DNA from: Neoechinorhynchus agilis
Taxonomy: Eukaryota; Animalia; Acanthocephala
NCBI GenBank assembly: GCA_051530055.1
Contig: CM121341.1
Span: forward strand, 9,092,784 to 9,156,783
Direction: 5' to 3'
DNA: 64,000 nucleotides
Part shown: in pieces, positions 36,961 to 48,032 of the stretch
Layout: every line of letters begins with the position of its first letter
How positions within the stretch are numbered: the stretch's first letter is position 1
Notes under the pieces: model-generated
What the model saw: only the letters and a program-made list of their open reading frames with translations
Told to the model about the DNA's origin: nothing
Database searches by the model: none
Made by a program: the position numbers and the translations under genes

Positions 36961-37258
36961 ATAAGAGAATTATTTTACCAGCTAAAAATTTCGTATTCAC
37001 TAATTCCGTATACAAAACCTATTAATATTTTTTGAGCAAAAAGATTTACGGTTGTTTATGGTGGAAAAATTAAACTAGCCGACTAACTAATAAAGAAACA
37101 AAAAAAAACACAATCTCGTGCCCTTGAAAATAAAATCGGATTTAATAAACCGCCTTTAATATTTAACTGTTATGAATAGTTCATTTTTGGCACCAATAGT
37201 TTTTGATAATACTAAAAAATATGGCAAGAATTTATAAATAGTATTAAGTCTATAATAA

Positions 37259-37681
37259 CTAATGTTCATCACCGTCGATTTCTCCTACGATTCGTATCCC
37301 ATCGATATCCATATCGCCATTGACAGCCATGGATTGCACAGCTAATTGGAGTTCAGTGCGTTCTTTTGAATGTTCAACGAGTTTTTGATTAAGCCATGCC
37401 ACATTTTCCGCCACCTCCATATTCTCTTTGAACTGTTCACTGGACGTTAAAAGTTTCAGCATGTCCAAACATAGAGGATACTTTATAAACCTCAAGTAAG
37501 GTTCAGTTGTCCAATATTTGAGGTATTCAACATAAGCCATGAATGCAGCACTTTTAAAAAATCCGTTTCGGGCTAAGAAATGGAGATAACGGGGATTGGC
37601 CAAGCATTGGACAAAATCTAATTCAGCTTCAAAACGGCACTTATCCATCTTAGCCTTGTCGTTGTTCGGTGTAGATTCCAT
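37259..37681 (-). CDS. MED31: Mediator subunit 31, intronless CDS
   Basis: RFEAELDFVQCLANPRYLHFLARNGFFK..FMAYVEYLKYW..PYLRFIKYPLCL; ATG at 37681 (MESTPNN). Confidence 0.95.
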   Translation of the reverse strand: MESTPNNDKAKMDKCRFEAELDFVQCLANPRYLHFLARNGFFKSAAFMAYVEYLKYWTTEPYLRFIKYPLCLDMLKLLTSSEQFKENMEVAENVAWLNQKLVEHSKERTELQLAVQSMAVNGDMDIDGIRIVGEIDGDEH

Positions 37682-37699
37682 ATCTAAAAAAAGCATTTA

Positions 37700-37860
37700 A
37701 ATCCCATGTGTTTGTGCCTTTTGGGATTGAGACCTACGGATCTCTTGGTAACGAAGCTCTTCAACTTCTGAAGGATCTGAAGCGACGCCTTCAGGTTATA
37801 ACAAGGCAAGCATTCGGGCGACAATTGAGGACGGCTAGGCTTTCCTCCAAGATTTTGATA
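37700..37860 (+). mobile_element. Short CRE-like RLE retrotransposon fragment
   Basis: KSHVFVPFGIETYGSLGNEALQLLKDLKRRL, homologous to the 34900 and 27115 copies. Confidence 0.75.
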
Positions 37861-38224
37861 AGTTAACAAATTATCCAACTTTAACAATAATAAATTACAC
37901 AAACTATAAAAAAATGTCCATGGTAATAATGATTAATAATCCTTTTATTTTATAACAAATCCTCACGTCCAAGTTCAATATATTTAAGACTATATTGAGA
38001 GCTGTGTGTTCTCCGAAATGAAAACAACCGCCTACAATCATACAAATAAGAACTCGAGTGTTCATGAGGTAACTAATAAAATTATCTGAGAAACATATTC
38101 TTGAACAGCCGCAAAAAAAATTTAATTTTCAGGAGGGAATAATAAAAGAAAATCCTTCGAGTCTTTTTAAATCTCTATTTGCTTGAAGATTTATCACCTT
38201 TTTGAAAGCCTCTCGGCTAATTTG

Positions 38225-38340
38225 CACACTTCGGAGGCGCTCAGCCGCACTCGAAGGGACCACAGGACCAACCCTCCCGTGGAACCCAGCGACCTGCGGA
38301 TTTGAACCATCGACTAATCGAGATCACTCGACCGAAGATT
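38225..38340 (-). mobile_element. GC-rich tRNA-like/SINE-like segment
   Basis: Minus strand has A-box-like GGTCGAGTG and B-box GGTTCAAATCC followed by a GC-rich body; spacing too short for an intact tRNA cloverleaf. Confidence 0.3.
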
Positions 38341-38356
38341 GAACTGTTCATAAAGT

Positions 38357-38474
38357 GGTTGTTTTATAGGGCGTAGAAATTAAGCCGATTGTTTTCGACG
38401 AGCCATAATCTTTTTGTACGTCGTTTGATCAAGGTCTAAAATAAAACCCCGTTTCTACGCGCTAGAAAACAACC
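38357..38474. mobile_element. MITE-like element with 23-bp inverted repeats
   Basis: ggttgttttatagggcgtagaaa versus reverse complement of tttctacgcgctagaaaacaacc (2 mismatches); shares modules with 16140-16510, 30945-31050, 45475-45590. Confidence 0.6.
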
Positions 38475-39009
38475 AAATCTTTATTTACAAACAATGAATG
38501 ATCGAAAACCACGCGAAAAATCACAAACTCGGGATTATGCTCATCGCGTATCCATTGAGCAAAATATTATTGTTTATTCGAAGAACATTGATTCTTTTGT
38601 TTATGTAGCGCTTAGCCGATACGATGGACACGAAATGTTATCGATCGCAATTGATTTCCAAACTATGAAGAAGCCCTCGTCGGGTTTGAAGAACGTCTTG
38701 AATTGAGAAGACTTCTAAACAATAATTCCCGGCATAGTAACGTTCTTAATTTTTTTGAAGGTTTTAAGATATGTCTAAAATTCGATGAGTTTAATATCCT
38801 TTTTAATAATTGATTTTATGATATTTTCCAATAATAAAATTTGAGTAAATTAATGGAGCGAGTATAGCCTTTTGAAATAGACAGAATAAAATCACAGGCT
38901 GTCGGGCAATAAAACTGAAAAAGTTTTTTGAGAACTCGTAAACAATTTCTTAATATACACAAATTCACCAATGAAAGCTCTGGATACCAATCTTCATGAA
39001 AAAATATTT

Positions 39010-39190
39010 TAGAATTCGTTCATCCCTTTGGCATCGAAACGTTCGGATCGATTGGTGCCGCGGCGCTGGACCTGGTCAATCAATTGTCCAAAAGATTGAG
39101 ACACATCTCCTGCCCTCGGATCCGCCCTTTCGACCGTTAAACCGGGACGACAGCTCGGCGATCCAGAAAGGCGGTGGTGTGAATGATTTC
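39010..39190 (+). mobile_element. Short CRE-like RLE retrotransposon 3' fragment with internal deletion
   Basis: PFGIETFGSIGAAALDLVNQLSKRLRHIS; last ~60 nt closely match 27630-27690. Confidence 0.75.
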
Positions 39191-39609
39191 TGCTCCGAGA
39201 TTAAGTGAACCTTTATAAGATAAATTTGCCGTTTGTCAATTAAATGGTTGAAAAATAAGATCAATCGAAGAAGTTAATTACGAACTTCCTCAGAAACCAC
39301 AATTTCTCTTCAAAATCACGATGTACGGCAAACTTTTACCGATAAACCATGAAAATAGAATTAAAATTGATAAGAAAACAAGTAGCCACTTACGCTATTT
39401 CCTTCAATCCCCATTTCAAATGTTCTCAAATCTCTCAAAAGCTTCACTAAAATCCATTTCAATCTGAAATTACGCTTAAAAGGTTTTTACACATTCAAAA
39501 GCCAGAAAGTAAAAGATTTTACTATCTAATATATAAAGCAAAATTAAATACTGGTGTATTTTCCAGAATAATGATTTTACTCCAAAGAGCAAATGCAGTT
39601 TTCCATTTC

Positions 39610-40990
39610 AGATCCTGAACTCTTAATGGTGAACTTCTTAAAGAAAGGAACTACAAGTCAAACAGCGATCCAAACGAAGAAAAAGAGTGAAAATGCAATT
39701 CTTTAAATCATCAAAACTTTTTGGGGAAAATATAGCGAAAACATAAATCCACATTCGTTAAAGGACGAGAGGACAAATCAGAATCACATTTTATCCTCAT
39801 ATTTTAAACGTGGTCTTTAGATTATTAGAAGACAGTGGTTTTCTTTTTAAAAAAAGCACTTTGAAAAATGGGTGTACAATCAGAAAACAATAAAGCTCCA
39901 GAGCTCTTAATGGTGAACTCCTTAAAGAAAGGAACTACAAATCAAGCAGCGATCAAAACGAAGAAAAAGAGTGAAAATGCAATTCTTTAAATCATCAAAA
40001 CATTTTGGGGAAAATATAGCGAAAACATAAATCCACATTCGTTAAAGGACGAGAGGACAAATCAGAATCACATTTTATCCTCATATTTTAAACGTGGTCT
40101 TTAGATTATTAGAAGACAGTGGTTTTCTTTTTAAAAAAAGCACTTTGAAAAATGGGTGTACAATCAGAAAACAATAAAGCTCCAGAGCTCTTAAAGGTTA
40201 ACTTCTTAAAGAAAGGAACTACAAGTCAAGCAGCGATCAAAACGAAGAAAAAGAGTGAAAATGCAATTCTTTAAATCATCAAAACTTTTTGGGGAAAATA
40301 TAGCGAAAACATAAATCCACATTCGTTAAAGGACGAGAGGACAAATCAGAATCACATTTTATCCTCATATTTTAAACGTGGTCTTTAGATTATTAGAAGA
40401 CAGTGGTTTTCTTTTAAAAAAAAGCACTTTGAAAAATGGGTGTACAATCAGAAAACAATAAAGCTCCAGAGCTCTTAATGGTGAACTTCTTAAAGAAAGG
40501 AACTACAAGTCAAGCAGCGATCAAAACGAAGAAAAAGAGTGAAAATGCAATTCTTTAAATCATCAAAACTTTTTGGGGAAAATATAGCGAAAACATAAAT
40601 CCACATTCGTTAAAGGACGAGAGGACAAATCAGAATCACATTTTATCCTCATATTTTAAACGTGGTCTTTAGATTATTAGAAGACAGTGGTTTTCTTTTT
40701 AAAAAAAGCACTTTGAAAAATGGGTGTACAATCAGAAAACAATAAAGCTCCAGAGCTCTTAAAGGTTAACTTCTTAAAGAAAGGAACTACAAGTCAAGCA
40801 GCGATCAAAACGAAGAAAAAGAGTGAAAATGCAATTTTTAATCAAAACTTTTTGGGGAAAATATAGCGAAAACATAAATCCACATTCGTTAAAGGACGAG
40901 AGGACAAATCAGAATCACATTTTATCCTCATATTTTAAACGTGGTCTTTAGATTATTAGAAGATAGTGGTTTTCTTTTAAAAAAAGCACC
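39610..40990. repeat. Tandem array, 284-bp unit, ~4.8 copies
   Basis: ctcttaa(t/a)ggt(g/t)aac restarts at 39620, 39904, 40188, 40472, 40756. Confidence 0.96.
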
Positions 40991-41200
40991 ATTTTTGAAC
41001 AAATGTCGTTAAATAAAGACTCGGTTTTTTTAGCGCTTATTATTAACTTTTGGCGCATTGAAAAGAGTAAAGATTTCCATTGAAATATTTATATAAATGG
41101 AATCATAATTGAGTATTAGGTCTTAATGCTTAAAATTGTACAACTTCCCAATGTTTTCAAAAGTCCATCTTAATGATTTATGTAAAAAAAACACTTTTCT

Positions 41201-41741
41201 TTAAGCTTGTTTCGTTGATGAAGATGTTAACGAACTAGCACTCGTTGCATATGAGGCAGAAGATCGTTCATTCGCTGGATGGAATCCGTCTATTCGAGCT
41301 AGACGAGAATAGATTGCATCTACATAAAGAGACAAAGCCGTCGCCACATTAGCTCCAATTCTAGCATAATGAATAGCTCCGCATTTAAAGGTACATTGAA
41401 CTAATCTGAGGAAAATTGAGGCGTGAGTCAGTACGAGCCATACAATAGTGTTTATATAGAGAATTTTTAGAAATTGATTTTCTTCCATTAGTTCATCATA
41501 TTGGAGAATGTAATACCAAAGACTTTTTATAAGAAATCCTGTAAGTCTTTGGGTAAGCTAGGAAATATAGAAAGACAACAGTTGTACAGGTACAAACTCC
41601 AAAGTCGTATAAAAGTGTTATCAGATCAAATAGATTTGTCACAATCTGAAGAGCGAAACTGTAAGTTAAAAGATTCGCTGTACCTGCTGCCATAACCAAT
41701 ACCATCAATAATTTCTTTTTAAGGTGAACACAAATTAACAT
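41201..41741 (-). pseudogene. Hydrophobic multi-pass membrane protein remnant or frameshifted gene, family unknown
   Basis: Two adjacent hydrophobic ORFs join into one frame if one A is removed from the A5 run near 41525 (..YRISYKSLWYYILQYDELMEENQ..). Confidence 0.35.
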
Positions 41742-42129
41742 TTAAACTTCTTCGCAATTAACGCGAACCTTTCCTTACAATATCGGTTGTCATGGAACCA
41801 AATGTTATTTTTTATATTCCTTTTATTTAACCGAACTTGAGTTCACTATCTCGGCCAGAACCAATTGATGGACACAATAATGTTTATCAACTCAAAATAG
41901 CACGAAATCAATAATTTTTATCTAATCGCAACTCTCTATAGACGTTTCCGTCCTTATCCTGATTTACAAAACGCACGAGTTCTGAGATAAATGATTTAAG
42001 TGTTTTTTCTTGTCAAATGTTTCATTTTTTCAAGTAAGAAAATCTCATTAGCCTATTCATTAAAGTCAATGTTAATTCAATGCGTTGTTATTAACTAAAT
42101 ATTTCTTGTGATTTTGTCCATCATTTTTT

Positions 42130-43470
42130 ATCTTACACCCATGAAGCGTTCTCTAAAAATATATAAAAAGAAAATACGCGATTGCTTTCTATTTTTAGAT
42201 TATAAATTGTGATTTTTAACGCCAGAATTGCAAGTTGTCGCTAGAAAAGTTTTGATTAGAGTTCGTATATTCTTCTATTTCATAAGAAGTTCAGAATTTT
42301 GATGGTTTTATGACGATCTAAACGACGAAAATAAGGGCGAATTTTTAAAACTCGAAAATTCTCAAGTCTTTTTTAAAAAAATTATCCACAAAATCTATAG
42401 TAATCGATTTCAGTCTATAATTTACCGATTAATGTCGATATCTGACGAGGAGGTACTAAAGGGCGGGGGAATGCGTAAAGGAATTATTGTTTAAAAGTCC
42501 TCATCCGCCTTAAATGTCAGTTTTTTTGAGGTTATTAAAAACATCTTCAAATAATTTTGACTTTTATCTTACACCCATGAAGCGTTCTCTAGAAATATAT
42601 AAAAAGAAATTTCTAGTTTTTAGATTATAAATTATGATTTTTAACGCCAGAATTGCAAGTTGTCGCTTGGAAAGTTTTGATTAGAGTTCGTATATTCTTC
42701 TATTTCATAAGAAGTTCAGATTTTGATGGTTTTATGACGATCTAAACGACGAAAATAAGGGCGAATTTTTAAAACTCGAAAATTCTCAAGTCTTTTTTAA
42801 AAAAATTATCCCCAAGATCTTTAGTAGGCGATTTCAGTCTATAATTTACCGATTAATGTCGATATCTGACGAGGAAGTACTGGGAGCGGGGGAATGCGTA
42901 AATAAATTATTGTTTAAAAGTCTTCATCCGCCTTAAATATTGATTTTATAGTTATTAAAAGCATCTTCAAATAATTTTGACTTTTATCTTACAGCCATGA
43001 AGCGTTCTCTAGAAATATATAAAAAGAAATTTCTATTTTTTAGATTATAAATTGTGATTTTTAACGCCAGAATTGCAAGTTGTCGCTTGGAAAGTTTTGA
43101 TTAGAGTTCGTATATTCTTCTATTTCATAAGAAGTTCAGATTTTGATGGTTTTATGACGATCTAAACGATGAAAATAAGGGCGCATTTTTAAAACTCGAA
43201 AATTCTCGAGTCTGTTTTAAAAAAATTATCCCCAAGATCTTTAGTAGGCGATTTCAGTCTATAATTTACCGATTAATGTCGATATCTGACGAGGAGGTAC
43301 TGGGGGCGGGGGAATGTGCAAAGGAATTATTGTTTAAAAGTCTTCATCCGCCTTAAATGTCAGTTTTTTGAGGTTATTAAAAACATCTTCTGATGGTGAA
43401 CCCACGGTGAGGTTCGTAGAGGACGTCTTTAATAACTATAATAATTTACAGGCTGTAGACTTCTAAACAA
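42130..43470. repeat. Second ~420-bp tandem array (~3 copies) with the same fold-back 3' terminus as 14365-16100
   Basis: ccatgaagcgttctcta at 42139, 42575, 42995; followed by catcttctgatggtgaacccacggtgaggttcgtagag as at ~16015. Confidence 0.95.
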
Positions 43471-46065
43471 TAATCCTAATCGATTAATGTCCATTTCAGA
43501 ATCCTTACGATTTCCGCTTACAAAAGGTCCCCGTTCCTAGAAATACTCTATATTGATCATTATTTAGTTATTTTAGTATTTTCTTATAAAATCCAGTGAG
43601 TTTTTGACAAGAAGTTCGGTTCCATTTTAGATTTAATAGTTCGCATCCCTGTTAGTTTTTATAACTTCAACGTTTAATCATCGTTGTTGCTTCTTTTTAG
43701 GTGTGTAAACCGTCATTAAAATACCAAGATTAAAATTTCGCTAAAATTTTGGACTATATTTGCATGGTAAATAACCTTTTTGTAATAATGTTTCACATTT
43801 TGTTTGATTATAGAAAATGCTCCCGTAGCATTTCCTAAGGATATTAAAGAGCGGCTAAAAAATAAGTTCTTTAGCTTAATGAATATCTTTTCGCTTTTAT
43901 GGCACCTTTTCGTCCACAAACAACGACTTTTTTCGCATTATTTACTTAATGTTAAACTCTTAATAAAATCTAGCATTTATTTCAAGACATCGCCTATGAA
44001 AAGTACTCAGGCAGACTGTGAATCAATATGCTGATAAACCTCTTATTCTAACTACATTTCGTTCCACATATCGATCAAATCCTTTTGTAGACGAAGATGC
44101 GATCACCATTGGGGTTTTTTGATAACTGACACTTTAAAATGTTCCCTGTGTGAAATTTTAGAAACATTGTCCACATTGACACTTGATCATAATTTAAACA
44201 AATGATTAACCATGAGGATTTCCTTAGTTCGTTATTTATGAGATTCCGACAAAACCCCTGAAGGTTTTCAGCAATGAAAGCACTTGGCATATTTTGATAT
44301 TGTCAAAATCCGTATTGCGTTTTTCAGTTTTATCAGTGATATGAATAGTTTTGCAGCTATCTCATTGATTCCTCAACAAATTTATTTATCGCAACTAAGA
44401 CAGTTTCGAAAGTAGAGAATCATTTAATCCGACAAGTCATATTTAGTTACAATCTTGTTTATAATCTTCTTATTTTCTGAACTTAAATATTATTTTAAAA
44501 TCTATTTGATGGTTATAAAATTTCTCTTTAGAGAACGTATTGCTCTATTTTGCAGCAATCTAATGTTGGTCACACGACAAGGCGAGACTTTTCTTAGTTC
44601 GAGAATGTAAAATCAAATTGTTTGTACAAACGTTAGTTCGTCTACTCAAAGACAATGGGTCCTTTCTTCACAAAAGGACCACCAATGACCATCGTAATGA
44701 AGCAGTCGTCCACGAAAATCATCTAATCGTTTTTAAAAGTATTGCTTTCGAAAGCCGTTTTTATCAGTGCTTCGTCAACATCAAACTCACAGAGTGCATC
44801 TCATGACATCAAAACGGATATTCATTGTTAGCTGCCATACGAAACTATTTGCTGGCAATGGTTCGTCGTAATTCAGAGATTCCTTTTCTTGGCACAAGAA
44901 TCACTTCCATTAGCAGAGTGCTAATCGATTCTCTTCCAAAATACCAGAAACTTGGGTTGATCTCTCCTGAGTGCTTTCATGGCTCATTAATGTATTAGAT
45001 TAAGAAAATGGGAAGAGAAATGGATTTTAGGGAAAGACCCTTCAATAACTGCAACATTATTGCTTCAAGTCTTTCAACAATTCGAGGTTAATAAGCTTTA
45101 CAGTTACTTTAAGAACTTGCTCTTCAATTCACAAAGGAGCGCAATGAGCCTCAGTCTTTCATAAGACACATTATTCTTGGTGTAAATGAACGCATTTCTA
45201 TACTAAGAGTCTATATATCATCCAACAGTATATTTTATTCTTCTTTAATAATATTTCTCGCAATTAAAATTTTCGGTTAGTCACTTCGGACCACAGCCAG
45301 TCATCGTCCGGACATTCTACGAACTATGCTTCCACAAGACTAATGTCTCTACGTCGCTTTTTTATATGCAGACGGTCTTTAGTTGCCTCTGCGAAACAAC
45401 TGATTTTTTTGATAGTTTTGATGTTGCTTTTTTGATTTATTGGATTATTGTTTTGCCAACCCACCCCGGATCTAAATTCGGTTGTTTTCGGGCGTAGAAA
45501 AATTAAAATGATTTTATTTTTTAATTCCGAGATTTTGCAGGCACAAGCTTGTACGCCTTTTGATCAAGGTTGTTTTCGGAGGAAAATTCAAGTTCGAAAT
45601 TATCCAATGTGAAATATCGGAAATAAATTAAGAAAATATTTGATTTATTTGAAATATTTCAAAGTGATAACCTCGCCTTATTAAGTCGAAAAAAACGTTT
45701 AAGCGACGACTAATGAAGCGAAGTTATCTCTTTCGAAATAGTTCAAATAAATTAAAAAAAAGCTATGCCCGGGGGATTATGCTAATCAAAACTATACCCT
45801 GATCATCCCGAAGGATTTTATGATTAATTTTTGTGTGTCTAACAGTGATGTGGGTCGTGCTTTTTAAAGTGTCCACCTTTTCAGTTAGCTTTTAAAGTCA
45901 ACTTTTTGAAGGATAGACACACACACACCTTCATTCCACAAAAAATAGAATACGTTATTATTTAAATGAAAATTCGTAGGATCCTTTCAAGCTACCTATC
46001 TTGTTGGATAACCACTACAACTTTTTTTTAGTACTAAATATAAACCCATGCCGTAATGCTTTAAA

Positions 46066-47298
46066 TTAGAATAATCCACCATGAGCTACGGAACTAATTT
46101 CGCCCTTTTCGTTGCATTTTGTAAGAATTTGATGTGGAACACCATATTCTTCATAATCAACCGATCCATCCTCGACCTCCTTTGGTCGATTAATCGTAAT
46201 TCCGTTAGACATTGATGAATAAATATCACAGATCATATATTTGGCGCTTAGATAAAGCTGGAATCCATCGGTTTTATCAACACTGACAGTTGGAAGCTGT
46301 GCAGTTGTCTGTACTTGCACTGATTTACAATTAATGCAGTCAAGACTGCTTACAATGGTCGATTGAACGATGATGGCCACTTGCTCACATGAATCAATCG
46401 TTAGAGTGTTCATTTTCCCGCTCACTTTAAACGTTGCGTTCTTGCATTTGAATAAATATGCAGAATGCTTCATCTCATCGATGTTGATTTCAATCGGAGG
46501 ATCATGTCGATCAACATAGTATTCAACAGTTTTTCGATTATGTTCAATTCGCATTGATGGTTCCTTTTTAGCCGATCCACTGGTCACCTTTGGAGTGGGG
46601 CGTTTCACTAATGGTATTGGTGGTGAAGTAGGAGACAACGCAGAAATAACTTCATTTCCTAACCACATTGGTTGTTCGGCGAAGTTCTCCTCTACAAACG
46701 AAATAAGACTTTTCAGTAATTTTAACCAACTCGTTATCCACATCTGATGTTTGGCTAGATACTCGCTAGATTTCTGAGCACTTAGAATTCTGTTTGTATA
46801 GAATTCACTGGCTCTCATCATTTCAATCATGTAATTTACCATTGCCGACTGTTCACAGGTGAACCACCCGAATATTGATGCAGCGTCAGCTATAGCTTGG
46901 ACGTGATCAAACGCTCCTTGTTTTGGTTTACATTTCTGTTTAAGTTGTTCAACGTGTTCAATGGACTTTTGAAGTGGTTCGAGAAGCGGTAGAAGTTGTT
47001 CGTTTGATTTGGGTTTTTCATATTTCACCACAAAATCGGTGATAAAAGTTCTTTGGAAATCGACCATTTTCTGAACATGTTTACCAGCTTCTTTAAGAAC
47101 CTCAAATCCATCAATGGAATTGATAGCATCATTTTGTTTCAGGAATTCTTCACATGCTTTATCCACTTGATCCACGAATTTAGCTCTGTTTTCACCGACT
47201 ATTTGATTGTTAGTTTTCGCCTCTGGCGTTTTGAATTGGCTCAAAGCAGCTTCGATTTGATTAGCAAGGCGATCAAGTCTCAATAGAACCGCGTCCAT
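46066..47298 (-). CDS. CAP: Adenylyl cyclase-associated protein (CAP/Srv2), uninterrupted ORF
   Basis: N-terminal LLRLDRLANQIE, helical domain with FDHVQAIADAASIFGWF and EFYTNRIL, CARP domain YLFKCKNATFKVSGKMNTLTIDSC..VSVDKTDGFQLYLS. Confidence 0.93.
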   Translation of the reverse strand: MDAVLLRLDRLANQIEAALSQFKTPEAKTNNQIVGENRAKFVDQVDKACEEFLKQNDAINSIDGFEVLKEAGKHVQKMVDFQRTFITDFVVKYEKPKSNEQLLPLLEPLQKSIEHVEQLKQKCKPKQGAFDHVQAIADAASIFGWFTCEQSAMVNYMIEMMRASEFYTNRILSAQKSSEYLAKHQMWITSWLKLLKSLISFVEENFAEQPMWLGNEVISALSPTSPPIPLVKRPTPKVTSGSAKKEPSMRIEHNRKTVEYYVDRHDPPIEINIDEMKHSAYLFKCKNATFKVSGKMNTLTIDSCEQVAIIVQSTIVSSLDCINCKSVQVQTTAQLPTVSVDKTDGFQLYLSAKYMICDIYSSMSNGITINRPKEVEDGSVDYEEYGVPHQILTKCNEKGEISSVAHGGLF

Positions 47299-47349
47299 TT
47301 CTGAAGCAACTGAAACGATTACGGTTGTTTAGTGTGTGTGTGCGATGCC

Positions 47350-47616
47350 TTAGGAAGAGAGCGAGAGGTATAGCGTTGGTTTCAGCGGAGAGACGAAGAC
47401 AGAGAATGTGTAGAAGCGATTAGAATTTGCGTACCCACCACGTTCGTTTTCATCATGTTTCCGATATCTGTCGCTATTTTCCTCGGTCTCACTTGTAACA
47501 GTTACATTATCGTTCTCCTTCAAATCCGGCACTGAGTGATGTTGCTCCTCTGATTTTTCACGATTAGTGCCACCACCCAGAAGCCATTTTGTTGAACCAA
47601 CGATTGCGCTATACAT
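47350..47616 (-). CDS. Short ORF upstream of CAP; possible N-terminal exon of a longer CAP isoform
   Basis: ATG-initiated 88-codon acidic ORF ending 52 nt above CAP; a phase-1 donor G|GTGGGT could splice in frame to either acceptor (tttcag or cttcag) before the CAP ATG. Confidence 0.35.
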   Translation of the reverse strand: MYSAIVGSTKWLLGGGTNREKSEEQHHSVPDLKENDNVTVTSETEENSDRYRKHDENERGGYANSNRFYTFSVFVSPLKPTLYLSLSS

Positions 47617-48032
47617 CTCTTCTCAAGCACTCGGGAGGCGATTGCAAGAAAGGTAGAGGAAACGCGTCAGTTGCTCTTTTTTTGAGCGACACAGAAAATG
47701 GAGACAAAAATGGGGAATACAATGTTTTCCTAAGAATGTAAAAGACAAATACACTTTAAAACCAATACCCAACTTAAAAAAAATACTTCACAATCCTAGC
47801 CTTTAGTATTCTATATGATGAATCAACAAATATTATGCCAATTTGTGGCTCTCGGAAACCTCTTCAGTCTACTTGTAAACGGATTCTCACTTACACAAAA
47901 TGAAAAACGAATCATTCGAAAAGGTAACGTACACTTTTTCTCTTTTTAAGCTTATAACAAAAAAAATTAGACCGATATTTCGAGTGTAAATGTGGCGCGT
48001 TCACGGATACAATATCACTTCGGAATCTATCA

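Noticed and set aside
11595-43400. Recurrent ATGGTGAA 8-mer near ends of several elements (11595, 16023, 35630, 39626, 43393)
   Set aside because: A few chance hits are expected on two strands of 64 kb of this composition and some occurrences are copies of the same repeat.
44040-45400. Possible decayed transposon coding sequence (IFVDD, RRTIASK-like snippets)
   Set aside because: Motif hints are short, in different frames and interrupted by stops; cannot be assigned without a search.
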